Shown here piece by piece: positions 1-11,650 of a stretch of DNA of 64,000 nt. Location: NCBI RefSeq assembly GCF_006345805.1, contig NC_043001.1:59830001-59894000 (forward strand), in the 5' to 3' direction. The stretch is from Octopus sinensis (lineage: Eukaryota). The notes beneath the pieces were generated by a model. That model had not been told where the DNA came from, searched no databases, and saw nothing but the letters and a program-made list of their open reading frames with translations. The position numbers and the translations under genes were made by a program. Positions within the stretch are counted from its first letter, which is position 1; each line of letters begins with the position of its first letter.

Positions 1-74
1 CATAAGACGTCTCTCAGTTTCCAGTTGTAGGGAAGCTAGATTTTGATCTATTATTATTGGCGTTTATGTAAATA

Positions 75-105
75 CTAGCAGTATAGTCCGGTTTTTCTCG
101 GGATT
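75..105 (-). mobile_element. Helitron-type 3' terminus (hairpin remnant plus CTAG) of an element extending rightwards
   Basis: Minus strand reads AATCCCGAGAAAAACCGGACTATACTGCTAG|T, which resembles the Helitron 3' end at 34300-34327 (CCCGAGCAACGCCGGGCAATTCTGCTAG|T) and the end at 10268-10297. The other end was not located. Confidence 0.5.
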
Positions 106-1699
106 AAGTTAGGATTATTAAGCTAACCAAGCTCTTTATTTCAAACCAAACTAAGTAACATCGACATCAAATTTGTGTGAAATCCGTTGAAATTGGTAAA
201 ATTTTGGTTGAAAATGAGTTGCTGACAATTTGATTGGGAGATCCCATAAGGAATCGGTTTATCGTTTTTTTTCAACTCATCGATTTTCGTTTTCGTTTTT
301 GGAGAACTTAAAGCATTCAAAGATCCCACGAGTTCTAAGTAATGCTGGCATCAAGTTTGAACAAAATACATAAAAATTGGTAAAAGTTGTGGTTGAGAAT
401 GGGGTGTAGCCAATTTTAGTGGGAAGTCCTATAAGGAATCGGTTTGTCGATTTTTTTTTTATCCTGAGTAAATAGAAAGCTCGATGTGGAATCAGTTTAT
501 TGATTTTTCACTACAAATAGGACTTAACCGAACACAACATTGCTGATTCTAAAACATCAATATTTATACTTTAAAGCTGGTTTTCGTACCCAACCCAGTT
601 CTGCAGAATCAGTGTCGCGACGGGAGCGCATGGGTTGGCAGTTTGATCAGAAGAGGTGATCAGGTTGCATATGCCAACCCTTTTGAAAACACCACCCCAT
701 CATGTAACACCCCTTTGCCCATGGTTTGGGAACCCTTCCAGCAAAGAAAATAGAACGCCCAAAAGGGCCCCCGATCCTCTCTGTGAGAAGCGGTTATGTT
801 CAGATCACAACTAAGTATATATATATATATATGGGCAACACACACACAAACATATACATACATACACCTATTTTCGAAACATTGTTTACAAAATAATAGC
901 TGTTCGTTTGCGAAGGAGCGTGTCTCTGGCAACACACACACACACAAACATTACTCCATCGACAACAATTTTAGGAGATTATCGAAACTTTTTCTTCAAA
1001 CTTCTATACACCTTGATTCTATCATATTTGTTTTTGTATTGCGAGACAACTTTATACGAAACATGATTGAACGTGTCGTTCCTGTTCTTGAGTACGGCAT
1101 AATAGTGATACTTTCTTCACTCACAGTGGGAACTACGACATGGTTATTAATTTTGGCACTTTCTAACATATCAAAGCCTTTCGAAATTACAGGTGAGTTT
1201 CCGGTATATCTATCAAAATGTGAGTGGAGTTTGTATTGTTTCGGTATTCTGTTGGTTGTGATATCTTCTATCAAAAACTATATATCCAAAACAGGTAATA
1301 TTTTACAGGGTTATCTACAAATGTCAACTGTGGATAAAGACACTTATGTACTTTATCACAATCACCGTGTATACCTCACTCATTGAACCATTAATTTGTG
1401 GAACTTTTTCATGATGAGATTGATGTTCACAGAGCGAGAGATCAATACCAAGTCAACATCATGCACTGCTAGATTTTGTTCGAAACGTCTGTCCCATCAA
1501 ACCATGAAAAAACATTGATATCTCTACCATTTGCATTGCTTTTCACTGTTTGTAAAGATTATTATTATTAAACATGACTATGCTTCTCGTTAGTATGGTT
1601 TTAGTGTGGTATCGAAGCATGTGCAATAGCAGACCCACTGCTAAACAATCCTGAAATACGATAGCTAAGTCTGGTCCAACTAAGTAATTTTAGTGTTAT

Positions 1700-2700
1700 A
1701 CAACCTATTTTTGTTCGGTGAAGAGAAACATTTGCGACTTTATGCTTAACTCCAGTTCATCAACATGGATATTGTTGAATGTCACATCAGTCAAATAAAC
1801 CCTTTTGGACACGTTCACAATTAATAAACTGTGTTACCAAGAAATAATGTAGCAATCCTCTGAAAAAATAATAGATGGGACAAGGGCAGAAGAGTAAGGC
1901 GGATAGGGCAGAACGGATATACTTAGCACCACAATCTTTTTTTCTGGTTGACATATCCAATACACAGCCGTGCATCTACGATTGGTCCATGATGTGTGCT
2001 TTTTGTTTTGCAAATTTTGTGCATTGCTTCGAACTGATGACAATAATTCTCCTCGTGAACACTTTTACTAATGCGTAGAATTTTGTTAACATTTCATGAT
2101 AGACAACGCCTTTCATGTCTCATAAAATACAGAGCATAACTTTATCAGGGTCTGGAGATGGATTCTCCATTTTCATTTGGGGCTAACCATAGCCGTTTTC
2201 GTTGGATATGATTATAGACAAATCATGTTTCATCACTTGTGATTATTCTACCTAGGATATGTTCGCTAGTAAGTCTATTCTTCAACAACGAGGATAAAAG
2301 CATTAAGCTGAGAAGAAACCAACTCACCTTACTTTTCCCAAAGCAAGACTTTATTATGATTGAAATATGACTTGAATTAAACTGTCTTGTAAATTCTTGT
2401 GTAGCTTGCTTTCGATTTTCCTCAAATACGGTTTTCAAAATATCAATGTTGCCACAATATACACATCCAAATGGAAGGGGAAACTGCGAATTAGAAATTA
2501 CCCAAACGTAACTGGTCAAACCTTCATTTCCATAGAGAGAACGAGCAGTTCCTACCGCTTTCATTGCTGAGGGACTCCTCTTCAATCTATGCAGTATACA
2601 ATGTATGTTATGGGTCTGCTCTAAATTTGTATTGTACAAAGTAAAAAACAAAACAAGCAAAAAATGATAGGATGTTAACATTAATGGTTAATCTACTGTA
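1700..2700 (-). mobile_element. Old, heavily decayed mariner transposase remnant
   Basis: Minus-strand translation across stops and frameshifts gives ordered mariner motifs: DILKTVFEENRKQATQE, LGRIITSDET*FVYNHIQRKRLWL, KVMLCIL*DMKGVVYHEML, LPYPPYSSALVPS and YYFFRGLLHYF. TIRs not recognised. Confidence 0.75.
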
Positions 2701-3049
2701 AGTTTTAAAAACGTACATCCAAAGTGATCACGTCAAACATGCAACTGAAATTTCTTCCGAACCTGAGTTTGATTGTTGCTTTTTTTTTCTGATTGACATT
2801 AATGTATTTTCGATTCGACTATTCATTTCTATAACATCAAAATGTAATTAGATATGTTATATCCATTGGAATGTTTTCACATACCAAGAAATGTACTTTG
2901 AAAGATGTTTTAGAGCAGAGAAAGCTAAAGCTGAATATAATATAAAAAATATAGAAGCGAAGTCACAAGATGTCATTTATTAGAATGAAACAAGATTAGT
3001 TCAGGTGATTAACTGTCTTTGAAGAAATTAATATGAAATATATTTGCTT

Positions 3050-3250
3050 AATTGAAAGATGATTGTCCAGTAATTCCATGTAACGGACTGAGATCACCAA
3101 TTAAATAGAAAATGTCATGTTTCAAAATCATGCGACCACAATGATAACAAAAGCCTTGCTATCATCTGCATATTGTTGGTATATACCTATAAACAAGGCC
3201 ACGAGTTATTACCACTAGCATTATGAAGTGTGCTACAAATTACTCAGACT
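3050..3250 (-). mobile_element. Possible very old non-LTR reverse transcriptase relic
   Basis: Minus strand reads IYQQYADDSKAF, a YADD-like motif. The flanking RT motifs are not convincingly visible. Confidence 0.25.
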
Positions 3251-6200
3251 TGAACATGTTTAAGTTAGTTCTGATCCAGCGTTCATCGATGTAGTGTTAT
3301 TGCACTGTGTCATAGCAACAATAGCATCGTACGTATAACCAATTATGCGCATTAAGTATAATATTGAAGAATTATTTAAGGCATTTATTATCTCATCATT
3401 GTTATTCATTCTTACTTCACTATTGATTCATGAAATGTTTAAGCAAATAAAATATTGTGCTATTCAAATTGCCTTTGAGCTCTTGAAATAAAGTTGAAAA
3501 GAATGTTTAGCATAAATATAATACGAATCCTTACTTAATCCTAACATGTAACACTAAATCCAGATATATTTCAATAACTGATTTAATGTTGCTTGAAACA
3601 AGTTGAATTTATTGTGACAAGAACATCTGCCAAGCATTTAAGCAAAACGAAACTCTATTTCTAGACTTCCAGTAGCAGTAGTAATCTGAATCGCTAGCGT
3701 TAATATAGTGACCTTCTTTGTTCTCAAATTATTTGACGGACAATCGATAGAATTATGATCCAGAAACAATGAAACAAGAATTAGCTACATGAAGTAAACT
3801 GAGAGAAAGTGAAAAAGAAACTTTCATTATGCATCTGGCACAGATGGTTTGCTACAGTATGATGCTATTAGTTTTAGTATTTTTGTTATGTTTAGTTTCA
3901 AGCCAGTAATCGTTGAGTATATTTAAATTAAAAGCATTCCAACTATAAACATGATTACTACTTTTTCATACATGCTATACTCGATAATTTGTGGTTTTAG
4001 AGAAATTTGCAACGAATGTATAGAGTTGCTTCACATTTACAGGAAAGTAACAAATTGAAGACATTAATTCAGTAGATAATGAAAACGGACAAAGCTGTTT
4101 TAAGTAGGTTCCTAGACTATGCAATCCATTGAATTCTGAGAAAGGTATAAATGTATTACGAAAAACACTTTTTTTCTTTATCAATTCTTTTTTGTATCAA
4201 TGAATGTGAATTGAATTGGGGCCTGTTGGATGATTGAAAATCTTGTCTCAGCTTAACTTAAAATGATTTGGCCATAATATATTTAGAAATTACCAGAATG
4301 TTCGAAAGACAATATTTTATTAAATACAATATTTTTATAAGATAACAAAACATATTATTACATGCAATGAAACTGTTAGTGGTCCATAAAATGCATGGAT
4401 GACATTTGTAGTGTAAGATCATTTTCACTAGTTGATCACATAACATATCAGTGCTGGTTTATCATTGTTTCATAAAGAATATTTGCTCAGATATGAAATA
4501 TTAGTAACAAAATTGAAGTCGCAATGAGAAGCCCATTTAGTTTATACAATATGTATTTTATAATTAATAAACATTTCAATTAAGTAATCTAATAGCGTGA
4601 TCAACACTGAATCTATCTCCACAGTTACTTATCTATATCTATCTATAATGAGAAACATATTATATTTCAACATGATTCGATCTTTTGGGTCTAGTACCAG
4701 GTATCTGGTATTTCAATAACTCTGATACAGAGTTGTGTGTCTCCTATAATTGTAACATTTAATTAAAACCCTGTGCACCACTGACGGACGATAACCCTTT
4801 AACCCTACTCTAAATTAGCGCTACTTTATTAAAATGTATGGGTGAGAAGATCACATCAGCTCAACATAAACAGAAAAGGTGGCAGTACGGAAATATAACT
4901 GTGAAGTCGAAATACTTGGCACAGTAATAAATCTGCCTTCGACATTAACCTATCGATCCATCAAGCTAGTTAAAAACATCATATTTGCAGTCGTAGTAAT
5001 ACCCAACGGATTGTAACACAATGACATGATACTAGCATTATTAGCTAATTAGTAATTAAAGTTAATATAGAGATGTGTGGCCTTAGAAATTCTTAAGTGT
5101 TATATTAAACAATACTGTCTTGTTTTATTGCTTAATGTCATCGTGACATCTACTAAAGAAACAATAAAACAACCGTATTTTAAATTTCTTCGATCACTCA
5201 TTTTATCGTCTGTCTTGTTCTTCGTATTCGTGTTCTCCCTGTCCCTATTATTACTGTCATCATCATCATTATCATCATCATCATCCCCACCACCACCACC
5301 ATCCTCATTACTTTGATCATTACGACCATCATCATTGAAATTCACCTCCTTATCGATTATTTCGCAACAAATATCACTATAAAAGTGGCTTGAATCAACA
5401 GAATAAAAACAATATACATCTATCCTACAGCGGTGAACTTTGACATTTTAAAGCAACAATCTGCCTTTGCTGTCCCTTATTACTTCCAACTTTTATAAGC
5501 CCATCGACTCATTTTTACCTCGAGTTCATCTCTTGAAAATCCATCCCCATCAAACACTCCCTCCCATGTTTACCCCCACGTTAGTCTGCACCACCTGTAC
5601 ACATCCATCACCTTCCTATGCGCTAAACATGCCAACAAATATCTTTATTTTTCTCACACTAATCACCATTCTCCATCGGATATCACACGCGCATTTCGAG
5701 TCCTATTACACTGTAGCATTTACCACAAAGACTCCAACCCACAGCTCCTTCAGAACGCCTATCTGTTCTATGAATCCATCATCCCCTTTGAGGCAACAAC
5801 CATCTTCCATCTCCAGCATCACCCACCTCAGCAGATCCAACAACCATACTTCCCATATAACTGATACTTTCAGATACACTTCTACTAATGTCATTTACTA
5901 TTTAAAAGTTCCAATTCAATAACTCACTTTCAATCAGACAGAACAGAGAACATTTGACGGACAGCCTTACCAAAAACACGAGTAGCATCTGTTTGTAATG
6001 ATCGCCCCCATTGCATGCCATCACTGCTCTGCTGATATATCCATCGGCATCTCTGATTATTCCGTGTCATCCGCAGACTGTTTTCATCAACGCTTATAAG
6101 AAAATATTTTCACTTTTCAAACTTAGATTCTACATTCTCTCAACTATACATGACATAAACACATCTGTAAACATATGCGCACACATACATGCATACAGAC

Positions 6201-6780
6201 AGATATACACAAAGATTTATATAACACTACATGCCGTACCCGGTAATTCCTGAGAAAGCGGGGCTTATCCCTTGGTTCCGTTCTCATAATTGTTTCCCCT
6301 AGTCAAGTAACAACAATACAAAGTATGTAGCCCTTAAAATGAGTTTTGTGCATTTACAGAGAATACCGAACCGTCTTACACATGATCTTCTTTTTAGGAA
6401 TTCCCAATGAATTAGGAATACACAAATTATGTAGTCAATTATGTAATAACATGAAATCAGTTACCCGATAGCAAAGATTCTAATAAAGTATCCCCGAAAA
6501 GGACTTAATTGTATTCCCAGAGCATAAAGAACTGAGGAGGAAGTAATAAGTTACATATGCTAAAATCGTGAAACATATCGCGTAATAACAGGTTAATCAG
6601 ATACGGGATAACAATTCAAAGTAAATAACTCTGAAAAGTGATTTTGTGCGTTCCCAGAGAATATTACCCTCAGCGGAGCTAGTGTTGGTATATTCGTGAA
6701 TAAGTTACTTACCGAAATAAGTGGATCTATTGTATAGGAAAATACTATTTACTTGTTTAATGGTTGTAGTTGATAAATTG

Positions 6781-6987
6781 CGAAAATAACTCTAACAGTT
6801 CAAATACTAAGAAATAAACATATTCAATTTTATTTATACCAAATGATTTAGGAAAATGAATGGGTTGTTTCCATTGGCTGTTAAAATCTGGTCGAATGGG
6901 TTATTTCCCTTGACTATTAATATAACGTATTAGATATATATAAAGACCCCTCCCAGGGATCCTATTGTCAATTTTCCTCAACAATCT
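6781..6987 (+). repeat. 207-bp direct repeat, copy 1
   Basis: Matches 7922-8128 with 2 substitutions by eye. Contains ATTGG (reverse CCAAT) and TATATAAAG. Confidence 0.95.
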
Positions 6988-7921
6988 GAGTATGCCACGA
7001 GGTTTCCAGACATGAATTCTACTGACGTGTAAAGTAAGTTTCATCAAAATCGATAAAACGATGTAGGAGGAGTTAGCTAACAACTCCACAAACATACCAA
7101 CAGACAGAATTTCCCATATGTAGTAAATTAGGCATATTATAACTTATACCAGATAGTGTAATCTGAGAACCAATATCACTAAGTGGATTAATCAGTCAAA
7201 GAAAAGTACTTTATAAGCTTTATAATAATATACAATTAAAATCAATATGACAATTATGGAACGGATTTTAAATAACTTCGAATATCACACAAAGTTGCTC
7301 TTGGTTTTCAAGGACAATCTCTCCTATTCATGCACTTTCGACAATACGAATTTTTAAAACAAATATATGTTAATAGATTGCATATCATGTTACAGGCACA
7401 TCAAAGTATCTGATTAGCCAGTACAATGAAAATCATTGGAAGTAGTATGACATTGCTGATTTGTAAGCTGAAAGGTTTCGGATGTGATAGATTATTTTTG
7501 CTGGTGCAAAAAGAATTCGATCATGTAGTGATATAACTGCCGTTGGGGTGTATATACAGGTCGCTAGAAATGCCAATTACAAATATAACATATTTTAACT
7601 GCACTTATCTGAGTAAGATATCGGTTCAAAATAGTAACAAACAGGTAGATAATAAAAGTTAGCATATCAAAGTCAATGGCTAAATAGTGCAAATGATTTG
7701 TGTGTGTGTGTGTGTGTGTATGTGTGCGTGAGCTTGTATTTCTAAGTACTTGGTGGTGCTCTTATATTTGATACTTACAGTGAAGTAATATTGTCAGTCT
7801 GATCACACAATTTTAATGTTCAAGAATGTAAATCTAATATGCATAGTGTAATTTCTAAAAAACAAAACAATAATCGAGGTTTTGTTCTGATTCAAAACTC
7901 ACACGCAGTTTCTCAAACCAA

Positions 7922-8128
7922 CGAAAATAACTCTAACAGTTCAAATACTAAGAAATAAACATATTCAATTTTATTTATACCAAATGATTTAGGAAAATGA
8001 ATGGGTTGTTTCCATTGGCTGTTAAAATCTGGTCGAATGGGTTATTTCCCTTGACTATTAATATAACGTATTAGATATATATAAAGACCCCTTCCAGGGA
8101 TCCTATTGTCAATTTTCTTCAACAATCT
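7922..8128 (+). repeat. 207-bp direct repeat, copy 2
   Basis: Matches 6781-6987 with 2 substitutions. Confidence 0.95.
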
Positions 8129-8360
8129 TATTTCGGTTAGTAACTAGATTTAGCAGTCAAAATCATTTGCAATCTCACCATGCCGTTTAAAGCAATGAGA
8201 CACATATGAATGCAACCTAAGTTATATGAATGTGTATCCACAGTTATAACATCTGCGGTCTTATATCCATTACAGAAACAGTGAACGTAACAATAATCTA
8301 CATATAAACACACACAAGCACACACATATGCGTACATACATGCGTACGCATATATATATA

Positions 8361-8750
8361 GGCGCAGGAGTGGCTGTGTGGTAAGTAGCTTGCTAACCAA
8401 CCACATGGTTCCGGGTTCAGTCCCACTGCGTGGCATCTTGGGCAAGTGTCTTCTGCTATAGCCCCGGGCCGACCAATGCCTTGTGAGTGGATTTGGTAGA
8501 CGGAAACTGAAAGAAGCCTGTCGTATATATGTATGTATATATGTGTGTGTTTGTGTGTGTGTTTGTCCCCCTAGCATCGCTTGACAACCGATGCTGGTGT
8601 GTTTACGTCCCCGTCACTTAGCGGTTCGGCAAAAAAGAGACCGATAGAATAAGTACTGGGCTTACAAAGAATAAGTCCCGGGGTCGAGTTGCTCGATTAA
8701 AGGCGGTGCTCCAGCATGGCCGCAGTTAAATGACTGAAACAAGTAAAAGA
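8361..8750 (+). mobile_element. tRNA-derived SINE (family A) with internal (TA)/(TG) microsatellite
   Basis: A-box-like TGGCTGTGTGGT and B-box-like GGTTCAGTCCC in the head, then GGGCAAGTGTCTT. Tail ends ATGACTGAAACAAGTAAAAGA. Further copies at 19775-20090, 23241-23805 and 57808-58248. Confidence 0.85.
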
Positions 8751-9295
8751 AAAAAAAAAAATAAATATATATATAAATCTGAAATGCGAAAAGTTTGTTT
8801 GTCTGGTTTTGACATTGGAACGAGTTAAAGGGCACTAGATCCCGTGGGATTGACTCTAAAATTAACAGGGACATGTACAGTTAGGTGAGGATGTCAGTGG
8901 ACTAGGTTAGAAATCCCTATCTTAAAAGGTGTGGTTACTAGGGCAAAAAGCGCACACTTTGACAAGTCTCCTCTCATTCTCTTATCTGCATGTCTTCCTC
9001 TGTCTCTCTCTCAGTTTCCTCCCTTCCAATCACTTTCTCTCTATAAGGATGTTTGATAAATACTACTATCTTTCCCCGCCGCCTTCGCCAGCGCTGTCAC
9101 TCTTTCCCTCATCTCCTCCCCCTCTCACTCTCTCTCTCTTTCTCTCTCTTTCTTTACGTCTGTCTGCATTCATAAAGAGTTTTATTATCGCCACCACAAC
9201 CAGTACCACCACACAACCATGAGAACAAATATTATGAATCAGATATTTATTGGGTTAATTTATATATATGTGTGTGTGTGTGTGTGTCTGTATCT

Positions 9296-9356
<61 letters not shown>

Positions 9357-9578
9357 GTATATATACAAAGGGTATATATCTGTATATATATATATATATA
9401 TAATGTACTGGGCTTTCGGTATTATACCTCGATTTCATTCGGGTCTACGTTTAAATTACTAATCCGCTTCTACTTTACCATATTGAGAATTTGATTGAAA
9501 TCGGGCAAAAGGTGTCCGATCTAGACAACCAATTGCCTCCCAGCACTTTAAAGATGAGGAATACACAAAGGGTATATA

Positions 9579-9646
<68 letters not shown>

Positions 9647-9699
9647 GTATACATTTGTATATATAATGCGTACACACACATACACACATATATATAATG

Positions 9700-10810
9700 C
9701 GTATATATATTATGTGGTCGATTGAGCTGAAAATATGCACACCTATGTTAAAAGTGCTGGCGAGTTTGCATGGCAACTATCTTTTTTCTCATTCCTCATC
9801 TTTTAAAATGTGGCCCGATTACACCCGAATGAATTCGGTTTATATTAACCAAACAAGTAAAACAATGAAGAACTATGCCATTTTAATCCCAAGTAAGGTC
9901 GGGCATTTCTGTAGGTCTACTACATATTTGTGAAAAGGGCAGACGTTGTCTCACAAGCGGTTATACAGGCAAAAGTGTTAGTAAATATGGTAGGATTCAG
10001 TTGAAAATTTGCACACCTATGTTAAAAGTCCTGGCGAGTGTGCATGGAAAATTTGAGTTTGCTCAATTGAAAGCTATGGCCTCCAGGGCAAAATTCCTCA
10101 TCTTTAAAGTGCTGGGAGGCAATTGGTTGTCTAGATCGGACACCTTTTGCCCGATTTCAATCAAATTCTCAATATGGTAAAGTAGAAGCGGATTAGTAAT
10201 TTAAACGTAGACCCGAATGAAATCGAGGTATAATACCGAAACAAATAAAACAATGATAAACTAGTTTAATCCCGAGCAAGACCGAGTTTCTCTGCTATCT
10301 ATATATATAAAAGAGGCTTTGGGTCAAAATTGTGTGCACGTTTTGCTACATCAGAGTTTGGCGGCCACACCAGTGGTCAGATCGAGCTGAAAATTGACAC
10401 AAGCATAGATAGCGTAATGAGGCACAGTTGAGTAAAACTCACCATCTGGAAAGATGTGGTTGCCATGGTGAGAAGATTCAAGGGGGCTCTAAGCCCCTCC
10501 AGATTGGCGCGATTGGCATCTAATCCTATCTAAAAAATGAAGCAGGCGAACGTAGACACAGATTGGATTTTATGTAAAACGGTGTCTACATGGGGCTGGA
10601 AGGGGATTCAAATTTACAGGAGGGGATAGCTTGAGGGGGGAAATTGATTGGGAGACGTTTTGTGGCGCTACAGTGGTTGCTTTGGTGTAAAAACTGGGAT
10701 TTTATTGATTTGGGGGTGGGGGGCAATTGGTGGTCTAGATCGGACACCTTTTGCCCGATTTCAATCAAATTCTCAATATGGTAAAGTGGAAGCGGATTTG
10801 TAATTTAAAC
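9700..10810 (+). mobile_element. Cluster of rearranged non-autonomous Helitron-like copies
   Basis: Internal blocks recur (GAGCTGAAAAT..CAC at about 9722, 10000 and 10382; GGCAATTGG.TGTCTAGATCGGACACC at about 10117 and 10720). Degenerate 3' hairpin/CTAG ends at about 9886-9917 and 10268-10297, and a TCTATATATATAAAA 5'-type start at 10298. Confidence 0.6.
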
Positions 10811-10962
10811 GCGGAACTCTAATTTTTTTTATAAATGGCAGAGAGATAGATAGAGAAAGATAAAGAGTAAGAGAAAGCGAGGGAAAGGAAGAGTAAGAGA
10901 GTGGGAAAATGAGAAAGGATAGAGAAACAAAGAGGGAGAATATATATATATATATATATATA

Positions 10963-11057
10963 TTGAAATGGATAAATGAATTATCTTGTTACGGTGTAGA
11001 AAATAATAAAAGGAATTCTGTAGAATCTTCGTTCAGCTCCATTTCTTCCTTCACTAA

Positions 11058-11058
<1 letters not shown>
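10963..11058 (+). repeat. Truncated member of the hammerhead-bearing family seen at 38170-38603, embedded in (TA)n
   Basis: 10963-10994 matches about 38172-38203, and 10995-11058 matches about 38534-38598. (TA)n on both sides. Confidence 0.85.
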
Positions 11059-11131
<73 letters not shown>

Positions 11132-11454
11132 GTGCATGAATGTGCGTTTGAGACGGAGAGACAGAGAGAGTGAGAGAAAATGACTAGGTATTTATTGTGA
11201 ATAGTTGGTTTCTTAAGTTTCTGACTTCCTACTTCTACATCCATATGTAGATCAATAAGTACAAGATATTACATGTATATAAGAATTTGTATAGAGCGGT
11301 AGTATATCCAGAGCACTGTGAGAAGAAATCAATATTTTTCAAAGAACCTACTATCACACCTCCATCTAAAACAGCCAGCTACCATTTTTAACATTTATCT
11401 ACTCTCTGAAGAATTCTGGTTTCTACAATCTTGGCACCTCGTTCATCATACTTG

Positions 11455-11456
<2 letters not shown>

Positions 11457-11492
<36 letters not shown>

Positions 11493-11527
11493 TAATAATA
11501 ATAATAATAATAATAATGATAATAATA

Positions 11528-11558
<31 letters not shown>

Positions 11559-11569
11559 TGATAATAATA

Positions 11570-11645
<76 letters not shown>

Positions 11646-11650
11646 TGATG
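11457..11650 (+). repeat. (AAT)n microsatellite with ATG/AGT variants
   Basis: Direct reading. It explains the poly-N/poly-I ORF at 11318-11695. Confidence 0.97.

Noticed and set aside
796-1386. 196-aa ORF with hydrophobic stretches, and the antisense 92-aa ORF at 996-1274
   Set aside because: It starts in (TA)/(CA) repeats and I recognise no domain. Kept only as a weak candidate exon (1127-1192).
1787-2681. ORFs that first looked like a membrane protein (CPCPIYYFFRGLLHYF)
   Set aside because: They are frameshifted pieces of a mariner transposase.
6520-6600. CTGAGGA ... GAAAC ... GTA hammerhead-like spacing
   Set aside because: No complementary helix I or helix II.
8361-8440. tRNA-like A and B boxes in SINE heads
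   Set aside because: No cloverleaf or acceptor stem could be drawn. These are SINE promoters, not tRNA genes.
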